Part shown: positions 15,392-28,673 of the stretch, piece by piece
Layout: each line of letters starts with the position of its first letter
Numbering within the stretch: the stretch's first letter is position 1
DNA from: Chrysomallon squamiferum
Lineage: Eukaryota; Animalia; Mollusca
Length of the DNA stretch: 64,000 nt
Direction of reading: 5' to 3'
Assembly (NCBI GenBank): GCA_012295275.1
Contig: CM022671.1
Location: forward strand, 29,078,001-29,142,000
Made by a program: the position numbers and the translations under genes
Notes under the pieces: generated by a model
The model's input: the letters and a program-made list of their open reading frames with translations, nothing else
Database searches by the model: none
Told to the model about the DNA's origin: nothing

Positions 15392-16851
15392 TTGGTTTAA
15401 ATACAAAATATAAACACATTAACTTCTGTGTGATTAATTATGGAAATTTTAAATTCAGTTTATTAAAGTATATAACTGAAATTTTAATCAGATTAATAAA
15501 TTTTATTATGATTATTATGATTATGATTATTATTATTATTATTATTATTATTCCATAACTTTTTTAAAAAGATTAAAATAATAATAAAATTCACCATTTT
15601 TTTTATGTTGTGATCATTACTTTCAAAAATAGTCCTATCACAATTGTATATAATGTATAAGTAAAGGAAAACATTTAATACATCTTCAAAACTATGCATT
15701 TAAAATGAATCTGGACAAGATATTTATATTCTTGTGAAGAATTAACTTAAATTATAATTTCTGAGATTGTTTAGATGAAACTGAGGCAATTTAATTTAAT
15801 AACATTAAGTTTTAATATCAGTGAATGATCATGTTTAGATATCTCTTGAATATGTTTAAAAATTTAACTTGTAAATAAGTGCTGTATATTTCTAAACAAG
15901 TATTATATCTGTCTGTGAACATCACACTAACATTTAAATACCTCTTTTAAAATTAATATTACAATATATTATACTTTAAATATTTTTTAAAATAATTTTA
16001 AATAATTCACTGCATCTCAGTGTTTTCTTTTAAATATCTGGCTTTAAATTTCTTCAAATATTTCTAAAATATTTCAGTCTAAATATTATCGAATATTTCT
16101 AAATATTTCCATCCAAATATCTTCAAATATTAATAAATATCTTGAAATATTTCTAAAACTTTTTTTTATGAATGTCATCAAATATTTCTAAAAACAAAAT
16201 ACCTGAATAACTTAAAATTTTTCTAAATCTGTTAAATATCTGATCAAATAAATGTTTAAGTGCCAATGAAACTCTTTTTCTGGATTAAGAGAGAAATAGA
16301 TCTTAATATACGGGTTACTGTATCTATCTATCTATCTATCTATCTATCTCTATATATATATATATGTTGAAAATGTTTTAAAAAGTGTTGTATAAATATG
16401 TATATGAGGATATCATAGAAATTAATTCGAAAATCATGATTTCATTATTCTGCTGACCTTTTGCAACTAAATTTGTTTTTACTTAATAAAGAAAATAAAA
16501 AATAAATAAAAGTTATAAACAACCGAAAAAATGGATTTTGTGAATTTAGAGCAAGGAACAAAACAAATATTTTAATGATATATTTTCATGTTATGTAAAA
16601 TAATTTAGCATGATTTTATAGTACTGACATGTTTCATTTTGATCAGTTTTCTTGGTGCAGTTTTAAGATAACTTACGAAAATTTGTATGTAACGAAAATA
16701 ATTGTGTTGTTGTTTATTTGCATTGAAAGTTGATGGTTTACATGTAAATATTGTTTGTGAAATTGTGATACAGTAACTAATTAAACATACATCTCCACAG
16801 GAGACAGAATAAAACTGTAACCATCATCTCAGATTTTCTTGTTGTTGTTTT

Positions 16852-17095
16852 AAAGGAAAATGTGTTTTATTTCATAATACCATCTGTTTTGATCTAGTTG
16901 TAATTTATATGGCATCATACATATTAGTTAAGGACTGTGCAGATAGATATGATTATTACCGATGCCATGCACTGGGCTATTTTTTTAGCTGAAAGAGATC
17001 TTTTGTACACACCTTCTCATAAACAGAACATATTTTTACAACAGTTTTGATAAATCAGTTACAGGACAGTGGCTGGAATGGGGCAAAAGCCAAAA
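16852..17095 (+). mobile_element. Degenerate interspersed (SINE-like) repeat
   Basis: GGAAAATGTGTTTTATTT...TATATGGCATCA..CATATTAGTTAAGGAC...TGGGCTA...GATCTTTTGTAC...CAGTGGCTGGAATGGG resembles a common gastropod repeat recalled from memory; not checked. Confidence 0.35.
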
Positions 17096-17255
17096 TTAAT
17101 AAGAAAGCAGAGAAAGACTGTTATTACAAATTTAGCAATTTAAACAATTTTTAAATTTAAAAAAATATATATTTATCATTAAAAATCTTAAAGCATCCAT
17201 TTTATGTTGTTATATATTTTACTGAAAGGAAATCAATAAATACTGCTTTAATTCA

Positions 17256-17518
17256 GATAGATGATAAAACCTTTATCTGAACTGAAGTTCTTATGAACAG
17301 AGCTATTTCTGATTCTTGAATATTCAGAGATAGCCTGAGAATACAAAATTACATATATATTTCTTATACAACTTATACAAATAGTCTGCTCTATTTTTTA
17401 TTTTAATGTTTTAATTATTTTGTTCACAAAATAAAGTCTGTGTATGCAAATAAATAAAAAAAACTCCTCAGAAAAAAGTTTCAGATTTTGGAATTTTGCA
17501 TAAGAGATCTTCAACCCT
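17256..17518 (+). mobile_element. Older, degraded copy of the same Tigger-type MITE
   Basis: Shares the exact 17-mer GAGATAGCCTGAGAATA (17327-17343 = 54408-54424), colinear internal similarity, and a degenerate right end AAAAAAGTTTCAGATTTTGG...ATAAGAGATCTTCAACCCT|TA. Confidence 0.65.
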
Positions 17519-20500
17519 TATTCCAAAATTACCAGATGTTTGACACCCAACAGCTAGCGCCAGAAAGTAATTAATCAATTTTCTCCTTAGATTTGTTAAA
17601 AAAGATGTCCAGTGTTGGAAGATTAATAAATATTCTCTATTCATGTTATTGAACAATACTCATTTAGATTTTTTAATTCAAGGAGAATTAACAATGCCTA
17701 AGTAAACATTAAAAGAAGTAATATATAAATGATGTATAATGTGTTTATGCCAAGCTTGGCTTTGTATGAAATTTTGTATCTGGATAGATGCAGAAGTATA
17801 TTAAATATGAAAAATTTGAGATATAATTTTAAAACAAATTTCAAAACACAGCTTTAGCACTTTTGGTATAAAAAAAATAAAAACAACTAAAAAACAAATA
17901 ATATTAAAAAAAAATTAATAATAAAAAATAATAATGATAATAACAATAATAATAGTAAAAAACCATAATGCTATTAAAACTTTCTTGTTACTGGTTATTT
18001 CTATGAAAGTAACAATCAAAACAAACCAACTATAATTAAATGAAGAAGACAAAATAAAGATGAAATGATTTTAACATTTTATTTTGCACACAGTATCATT
18101 TCTATCATATTCTCTTGTTAATATCATGTTGGCCAAATACACATTAATTTAACTATGTACAGTAATATGTTTTGACTGTTATAACAACAGATTTGTTAAC
18201 AATATGTTTCAAAATTATAATATTTTCATGATAAACTTTCCCCTGCATTTCTTTTAACTATCAGTTGATGAAATATGTTGGTCACGTATCTACAGTATTC
18301 AAAAATGTAAATATGTGTATATTTGTGTGTATTTATCAACAGCAATTCTATTTTATTATGAAGATATTTTGAGCATTATCACAAAACAAGTGCATTGGAC
18401 CATAACAACATACTGAAACAATGACTTGTATAATATTAAACATAACAACATTAATAACAACAATAAATAATATTCCAACAATTTATAGTTTTTATATATT
18501 TTACAAATATTGAGGAAAAAAAAAAAAGAACATTGTATATGTATTAGAAATACATTATACATAAATCAGAATATTAAATAGAAAAATAAGTTTAACATGA
18601 AATATTAATAAAGATAAAAATAGTTAACATCAAATTCATCACAGCCCATACGACTGTGAAAATACATATCTATCACAAATAATTTAAATATAAACTGGAA
18701 GTTGTATATTTTCACATTAATTTTTATTTTATATCTATATATATATTTAAAACAAATTAATATGATTTTATATAAATATAAATAAGGAACATGAAAACAT
18801 CACAGCCCATGAAAACAGATGAGTATCAACAACTTTTAAAAGATTTTTGTTTTTTTCAGTTAAAGCCGTCCTAAAATAATTATTTAAAAGTAACAAACTC
18901 CAACTATAGGCAATTAAAATATCTCTAGACTGCACCTTTTCAGAAATTGTTAAAACATGAAATGATGAAAAGTGACTTAAATTTGATGTCTAATGATATA
19001 AATAAGAAATTAAAAAAACCAAGATAAAAACAACTGATTTTGAAAAATAATTACTGCAAAATAAATAAATAAATAAATAAATAAATAAATTAATTAAAAG
19101 AATAAATAAATAAATAAATAAATAAAAGAAAAAGAAGAAAAAGTAAGAAAGAAAACAGTCCAGACACATAAAACATACATTGTTGTAAATTATAATCTCT
19201 ACAAAAAACAAAAATGTGCAGAACTGATCAACTGCTTGAAAAAATATATACACATTAATGAGGATTTTCATTTCCTTGGGCAACATTGTTAACATTTAAG
19301 CAATTATAATATTGTGTTGGTGCATTAAAATGTTGATGGTTTTTTTTTTAAGTGTAGGCTTTCAGTCTGTATGAACTCCAGTATTTAAAAGTGGGGAGAA
19401 TTCTTTCTTATTTCTTAGCCTCTTATCTCTTGTCAGAGTGTATATCTGTGTGTTAGTGTATAAATAACTGGAAGGAAGGAAGAAAGACTAAGAGAAAGAA
19501 AAAATGGTTGACTTGTAAGTCGAGTTTATGCAAAGAGAATATCATGAATTCACTGATGTAAAGTTGATAAACAAATAAAAAACATATCTGGGACAGTTAA
19601 GTACTTTCACTGACTACTAATCTGTACTTATGGTGACAACTTAATGGTCATTATACACAACAGAATCTCTGATATCACAATTTCACTGGTCCAGTACAAT
19701 GCATGAGTACTGTCTATTTCTACTATAATTAACAATCTGGCTGTAAGATGGTTACATCCACCTGAACTGTAAAATACATGCATTTTGTCAATAAAACAAA
19801 ATAAACTCTTGATTAGAGTATGAAAAATTCATAATAATGGTGATGGACATGTATCAAGTGTCATAAACAAAAAGTGAAAAAAAATAATAACTATGCTTTA
19901 CCCGAGGTCACAGCAGCCATTTGGTAAAGGTGGGTAGTAATAAGTAGAATGAAAAAAACCCAACCCATCCCATACTAATCTAATATGCTCAACCAAATTA
20001 TAACAAGATATCAGATTCAATATAAAATATGTATCCTTTTACCCCCTTTTCAATATATATTATTTTATTTTACATTTCTTCATTTTATTTCATTTTATGT
20101 TATTATTATTTTATTATTAACAGTAAAAAGTTGTAAGAAATTGGTAATCAATGTCAAGGGAACAAAAATAAATAAATAAATAACAAAAAAAACAAAGAAA
20201 AAAAAAGAAGAGTAAAATGATAAATAAAAACCTGTAATGTTAATATACTTATGTTTATATATTTCAGCTTATGGTCTTGCAAACAACACATGAAATATTT
20301 GATAGGAATCGTGGATAGGGTTTCTGCATTACATTTCTTAAAAATAAATAAACAAACAGCAGACCAGTTTTCAAAGTCACTGTTTTGTTATGATTGAATA
20401 ATAAACAGTTGATAAGTTATTGAAGACATAACAGTCAGAAATAAAAAAATAAATATCAACTCTACCCTGATGATTTTGACAATGTGGTATTAAAAAAATA

Positions 20501-20974
20501 ATGTAACAGGAGTATTTATTTTTGTTAACATATCATTACATTTCTCAAACATGTAAAAAAAATGACTATAGTTAACAATGTTTGGAGATAGAATATTGGC
20601 CGTTACATGTCTACTTTGTATGTATCTATCAGTGGAACAATCACACACAATGAAAATTGACAGTTCTATAAATATTGTATACTAGTACAGAGCAATGCTT
20701 CTTAAACTATTTCACTGTCCTTTGCCTTTGTCTCATTTAAAAAAAAAAAAAAAAAAAGACGTGCATTCATTAACTTGCAGAGTCTTGTCACTGCTTTCTT
20801 TGTCTTTGGAAACATAAAACTGTATTAGTTATTTCAGTCTCTGTTGTTACAATATCACTTTCCTGACATTTGCGTGATCTCAATCAATACCAAACTCGTG
20901 ATGCTGTATTATTTCAGTCACTGTCCATTATTTCAGCGTCAGGCAGCACAAAATCATGTCAGTCTTAGTCAACA

Positions 20975-21300
20975 GAAAACTAACTTAATTAACTGATTCT
21001 TTCAGCCAGTAGAAAAATGTCTTACTGAACAGTCTCGCCCAATAGAAAACAGATTTACTTGATGGTTTCAGCCAATAGCAAAATGACATACTGTACATTT
21101 CAGCCAATAGAAAAATGACTTACTGAATGGTCTCAGCCAATAGAAAAATGACTTACTGAATGGTCTCAGCCAATAGAAAAATGACTTACTGAATGGTCTC
21201 AGCCAACTGATTTACTGGATAGCCCCAGCCTGCAGAAGCCTGTCAAAAATTTAGTTATTTGGATGACTTCATTCAACAGAAAATTTAATTACTGGATAAT
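20975..21300. repeat. 33-bp tandem repeat (about 8-9 copies, degenerate at the edges) just past the TIR-HEAT stop codon
   Basis: Unit CAGCCAATAGAAAAATGACTTACTGAATGGTCT; period 33 (21121, 21154, 21187). Confidence 0.9.
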
Positions 21301-21327
21301 CCAAGACTTTACGAGATGATGATATTT

Positions 21328-24300
21328 TTATTTTGGTTTAAGAGCAGACATTTCACTGGACAGGACTTCAGTGATATGAATGCAGCGTTTGGCATCTTCG
21401 ATATTCATTCGATTTAAGGCTAATTCTGCAGCTTCTCTCACATTCTTGATTGGATCGTTTCTCCTGAAAAATAAAAACAGTGACAAATGAAATTATTTGT
21501 TCTATCATTAATTCAGTTATTATTAATTTTTTTGTTCATTGATTTAAAAAAAAATTATTTTGTATTAGTTTATATCTGAAATCAAATAACTGACTCTAGG
21601 ATAAAACTGATTTTAACAAATATATTTTAGATATTTAAACAACAATTATAATAAATATAATAATTTCCGTGACAATTATCATAATTATAATAAACCAACA
21701 AAATTGCAATTTAAATAATCATAAAATAATAGAAACACAAACAAAAAGAAAATATTCTTACCATCTGTCAACGACGTGACTGACAGCTCGAACTGCTTTG
21801 AGTGAGCCCAGTGATAACAGAGCACTTTCTCTGACCAGTCTGTCCTCATCTTCCAGTAATCCAACCAGCTTGTCCACTGTGTCCTTTCTGTCCTTGCCTG
21901 AAATACCAAAGTCACCTTTTCTTTTTATACTCATTTCTTTCACTAACTTCAGGTTTCCTCAGCTAATACCAAAAAGGTAACTCAACCTTTTTTTAATTTA
22001 TATTTTATGTGGTTTGTAGAAATAGTCTTAACAATATTTCATATACTTCCTAGTGACTGTAAAGATGATTTTTCTCTTTTGGTATATTTAGCTCATGTTG
22101 TCTGAAGAAACTGGGAAATTGAGTGAACTGTATTTCCATATGTTTCTTTGTGATTGATTGTAAATGTTTACTTTTCACTGTTGTTATATTTAATTTATTC
22201 ATAAATTTCCTCTTGATAGTAATGTTTCTCTTTTATTACAGTTTGTTTGAAATAGCCTAACTATATTTTGATTATATTTCCTATTTATTGTTTTTCAACA
22301 CCAGCATCTGCTAATTATAATGGTTTATAAAAACAAACTGTTTATGAGAAGGCACAAAAACTGATAAATTCTTTTTGTCTGTGATGTTATTTAGTCTGAA
22401 AAATTTTGATTTTGAAATAACTTAGTCAGTTTGTTAGACTTTATTTTTTATTTCTATTTTTATTTTTTTTACAATTAAATGAATAAAATGACCACATTAA
22501 AAAAGAGTAAATGGAAGATGATATGCAGTCACTTCACTGAGTTTGTTTGATGCCTTTAACTTAATTATGTTTAACACAAAATGCTAGTAACAGTGGTATC
22601 CGATATGAATTTATTTTATAAATGACAGAGCTTTGAATTTTCAGTGGAGGTGACAGAATGTTAAATAACGACATTTTTAACAGATTAATTAAAATGTTAA
22701 ATAACGACATTTTTAACAGATTAATTAACAAACCTGCTTTAGACAGAGCTATGGCTGCCACTGCTCTGATGTTTGGATCATCATCTTTCAACATCTCAGT
22801 CAATCCAGAAACAATTGCCGGAAAAGTGAATTTTCCTACAAACCAAACACATATAAACTGTTATTATTCATATTATGAAACCACACCATATAAAGTTTAT
22901 TCTTATACAACAATTACAAACATTTTAAGAGCAGACATGTCAATATTTTATAGTTATTTAGAGCTGACAAACTTGTACGTACCAAGACTCTGAATGGTGG
23001 TCATTCTCAAGGTGCTGTCCATGTCGATGACTTCTCTGAGTGAGAGGTAAGCAATTGTGTATTCCTCCAGGTGATGGTAGAAGCAATGTGGATCTGCAAA
23101 TGGGTTGTTGGATATCACTCTGTCATAGGCCACCTTACTGACTGTCTTGTTCAGGTTGAAGATGTCTTTGTACATGAGGTTCACAAAGAGTTTCTTCTTG
23201 TCTTCAGAATAAGCTTTTATGAGTTTTTCCCCATAGTCTTTGAGAAACGCTTCTTTGAAGTCGGTGAATGAAACTTCGGTTTTACCTTTGAAATGTCGAT
23301 CCCAGAAGTCATAGCTGAGTCCTGTAAAAATGTTTAATTTAATGTTATAATTATCAAGATTTTTAATGATGATAATTATGGTTTCTACTCTTACTAATTA
23401 TCTTTTATATCTAATATATGTATAAATAGGAAAGAACTTTTTTTTCTGTCTGGCACAAGAATAATGGTGCAATACCTAAACCCTTTATTTTTATAAAACA
23501 TATTTTTAGTTACATCACTAAATAACATGAAAGTATATAAAATGTGATGGCCATCTAATATCTTAAATTTAAATAAAAGTTTTCAATTTTGTGAGGCATA
23601 GGCATGATTATACTTTATAAGATATATAACATTCTTGTATCAGACAATGGTATATTTACAAGTTTTACCAGAATAAGAGCACCTATTTAGAAATAAAGAT
23701 TAACATATACTTGGCTACTTGGATATATTTAATATAATGAGTATCAATGAAAGTTAACAGATATATTATCTAGATGTGTTACCTTTCATTTTTGGATCTT
23801 TGGTAGCAGCAACATCAGAATTGTCTGTACAACAGTCATCTGACTGAAGGTCAAGGCCATGTGTAAAGCTCATTTGAAAGTTCATGCCATGAGTGTGAAA
23901 AGTTCCATCAACAAACTCATGCTCTGTCATTTTTCGCCTTTCCATCTCTTGTTTAATACAGGTTATTAGAGCTGGCATGTTTTCTTCATAATGTCCCTCT
24001 TTAAACACAAACGTCCAGTTGATTTTAGCCAACATCAGTTGCCTGGTGTTAGAACAAACATAAAATTTAAACTGTAATAAATCAGCATAGATAAATAATT
24101 GCTCAACTGAAACAAAATATAAAGGTGTATGAGCAAAAATTTAAAAAGCTGTATGTGTCTTACATTATACATTAATATTAAGTATGTTAGAGTGATGATA
24201 AATCATCATTTTAAATTTAAATAAAAGATGTTTAGTATTCCTTTCTCTATAATGGGAAAAGCACATATTTATAGATAAAGAATTCACAGCCTCAAGCTTT

Positions 24301-26699
24301 GACCAAAACGTACCATATAAAAGTTTTTTTTCTATTCTCTATTCTTTCTAACAGGAAAAGCACACATTTATCAACTGTCTTTGAGGCATTCACACACTCA
24401 AACTGTTTTCTAACTTTCTAAGAATACTCACGTTCCTCCACTGAGCTTTGAGCCAAGATCATGGAATGGACTCAGACCAATGGGGAATATGCCAGAGTTT
24501 GAGATGTAAGCCAGTGCAAGTTCATCATTTAGCTGTTTGTCATCAGCTGAACTTTCACTAAGTATTGGTATGAATATCTGCAAGCAGAGAAACTGTCACT
24601 TTAAGAGGCAGTTGATGTGTATAATCAATTGTCTTCCTCCCAGTGTAAAGAAATAGAAAACTCTATTAATTTGTGTCTGTGTCTGTTGGAGTTTTTGTAT
24701 AAATAACAGTGCATAAAATGTTTTTGAATCATATTAATTTTTAAAGGTAATAAATTATCACTTATTGAACTTAAGATTAGTACATTACAAAGTGTAGTAT
24801 AAAATAAAGAAAAGAACAAGAAAAAATTAGATCTAATGGTATTAACAAAGATATTGCTTAATTAAACAGAAAGTAGAGACATTGCAATCAAGGACAGAAA
24901 AAGCCAGCATTCCTGCTTCATTGCTACATAATTATCATTTATTATTAACAAAGGATGACCTCCAGTAAATTGTTTTTAAAACTACACCACAATGGAGTTT
25001 AATTAGGCTATTTTTGATACCATAAAAATCAGTTACCAAATTTTTTTAATAAATCTAGATCAGCAATTATCAACCTTTATTTATTTATTTGTTCTTTTTT
25101 TTGGGAGGGTGGGTGCACAAGTTCATCTCAAGTTCTATGATCCCACTCAGAACAAGGACAAAACAGACAGATAAAAATTTCCATTCTCATATTAGGAGTA
25201 ATTAATAATTTGATTTATCATTACAAGTGATCAGAAAACTAAATGAACAAACCTTGCAGGCCAAGATAGCTTGACTTTTCTGCTGTCCCACTGATGCCGG
25301 GTCTGTAGAGGGACTTGAGTACCACACAGAGAGATTTGATGATCTGATTGTATCTGTCAAAAAAGAAAATCAATAACATATTAAACTTATATTACTATTT
25401 GTAACAAGAAGAACGATGAACAAAAATACAATCAAAACCCATAGAAACAGTTATACACATCCACATAATAAAACAAATTACTTCTGTCAAGTCCTTAGAG
25501 ATTTATATCCTTGGTAAGTCTTGATAAGCAAATGCAAAAACTCCATTACTTTTATAATTATTTATATGTTTACTTCTGTCTGAAAACCAAAAGTATTTAG
25601 CTGAACCATCATTAAGCGTCCATCCATCCAAACTATTAGTTCATTACAGATTGTCTAGTCGGCACAATGACCAATAGAAACCCTTCTGCATTTCACAGAT
25701 TAGAAATTTCTTGCATCATCTATTGCATTTAACTGAATAAAATCTGTCTGTACCTGTGAGACGTCTGACGAAGTGAATGTCTGCTGGAGTATAGGCTATG
25801 ACAACATCATTGACAGTTGGCTGGAGGTTGTCGGAACTGGACATTATGTCAGTGGGTGATTCTGGTCAGCACTTTCAAAGGACTGTGAGTTCTTCAGACT
25901 CTTTCGTTCAGACTTGGGTCTTGGAGAAACTGGTGTGTTTGCACCACTGTACTCGCCAACACTGGTTGGCTCAATTACTGTAAAACAGTAACAAATACTA
26001 CTACTAATGAATAAACACAAAAACAAATAACTGAGTTATACTAGGTTTGTTTATAAATATATAGTCAAACTGGCACAGAACTAGCAGACATGGAACCTCA
26101 CATTAAATAAAAATAATAACAATGTACTTATTAAAAATACAGAAACAAATCAAGAAAACACTATAAAAGGAAAATTCACATACATCACTCATCAAAAAAA
26201 TATAATAAAAATAGAAAAATAAATAAATAACAAATTAATAAAAAAAGCTATCTTAAATGACAGCCATTTTTAATGAACTATGTTTCTCCATTCTGAAGTT
26301 ATATTTCAAACTAATATAACATATTTTATCCAAATTACACACACACACACACGCACACACACACATATCACACACTAACCTCTTCTCTGAAACTAAAAAT
26401 CAAGGTTCTTTCCTTACCAAAAGGTTATTAAGTAAATATTAACACATTTAATTTATTTGATGTTGTTAATGATTTTCTGGTAACCAACTAAGAGATTGCC
26501 TTTCCAGCTACACTTCTTAATATAATTTGTTTAAAAATCTTCTCTGGAGATTAGAATGCATATCAGATAAATTAAATGAAATAAAAAGCAGACAAAATAC
26601 TAAACCAGCTGGATCGTTTATATTAATTATATCTAGAAATAGATTTTAATATACAACCATCGATGTGCTTTGAATGAACTAGCCAAATGCTTTACTATT

Positions 26700-26755
<56 letters not shown>

Positions 26756-27349
26756 GTTTATTATTATTTTATTATTTTTATGTGTTTTTTTTTTTATCAT
26801 TGATGAATGGTTCAAAATGCTGAATGATGAGATGTGTGATTTGGGATGATGTACCTGACACACCTTGACACACCTTGTCACACCCAACACATGAACACAA
26901 CACTGTATAATTATATATAATATTGGATTTTAATAAAGTCTCCTTCTACCAAATAACACATAAGATAAAATAAGCACAGTAATATATCAAACCAAGAAAC
27001 TACATCTACCAAAGAGCATGTTAATATAATGAGCATCTGCAGTTCACTTAATTTACCAAGAGTAATTTCCAGAAAAAAAAAAAAAAAAAAAAATCAATAA
27101 TGCAGACATATAAAAGACATATTAATCTAAAAGTGCAAGTTGGTTAAATGAAAATCATCATACACTATTTGTGTTTTCCTTAAGTAAAAAGAAAAAGAAG
27201 ATAGTAGCTACTGCTTATTTGATCACTTTGTGAAGTATTATCTATAATTGTATCACTTAGGACTAATATTACTGGTAATTAAGTGTCTGTGAAGATACAG
27301 CAGTATTAATATTTACATCAACAGGAATTTGAAGATAACATAAACCTAG

Positions 27350-27424
<75 letters not shown>

Positions 27425-28640
27425 AAGTAAAGTATCTGCTACTGTTTGATTTAAAAACAAATTAGCAAAACCCTTGTATGGCAGCTCTATCTCAGATTAC
27501 TCATCATTTCTCAAACTCATTATTTCCCAAGTAAAGAATTACTCTTCCTGTCTGTAGTAATTAGTAATAGATATGCAATCACATACATGTATACACAAAA
27601 AGACAGACTGTTGATAAGAAATAAATATTTAAATCAGTGCCATTCTGGGCTGTAAATTAAAAACTCTGTAAATGTCAGATTTATGTGAAAATAAGACACA
27701 AAATCAGATTCATGTGAAAAGTTAATATACAGCATCTGAACATATTATAATAAATATTAATGGCATCTATAATTTAGGTTTTAATTTTTATTGCTTTTAT
27801 TCATAGCTTTTATAAAGTGGTAAAAGAAACATACAGATAGATTCACACACTCAAAAACAAATGTGTGTGTGTGTGTGTGTGTACACATATGTAAGCATGA
27901 ATGTAAACACAGACACACACATACATATATATATTTTTTTTTTTTTTTTTTAGAGGTACGCACTTCACTTGGCTTTTGACATTTACTTATGTTAGTGTGG
28001 ATGGAATAGGAATTTGCCATATGTTCCTTTTTAGTTTATTTAAGAAAAGATTAAAGATTTAGTCTTTTTGTGAATGAACAGAACTAAATTACTATACTGA
28101 AATTTCCATACATGCACATGCAAGAACAAATCACACACACACACACACATTTCTTGAATAAATATTACTTATTATAATACCTAGTGAATTTGTGTTCATT
28201 TGTTGTTTTTAAATACAAAACAGTTCCAAGGTAGGAATATACTACAGGCAAACATACTTATTCAGTCAACTTTTCCGTATTTATAGATATGTATAATAAT
28301 GTCCATACAATGGAAAATAACTATTCTCAAATACTAGAAATATTTACTAAGCAGACCAGAAAACAGGAGCATGATGAAGGGACATATCAAATAAAAATAT
28401 GAGAATGATTTATGTCATGAGAATTTATGTTTTTTTTTGTTTCAAAATAAATATGTAACTGGAGATTTAAGAAAATATTTTTAGCATTAATGGCATTTAT
28501 TGAATATGTAATCCTAAATTTCAATAGTTCTGTTTTTTCATATTTTATCCAGTGTTTGTAGTAAATGTATTTGCAGCAAATATATAAGAAATCATTGAAA
28601 GCATCACATTCAGTTTTTTAAGAAAATAATAACAATACTA

Positions 28641-28673
<33 letters not shown>

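Noticed and set aside
19700-20340. Extra minus-strand coding exons of the TIR-HEAT gene (acceptor-like sites near 20337 and 19766)
   Set aside because: Translations show no recognisable motif and the gene already has an in-frame stop at 21328; at most these are UTR exons.
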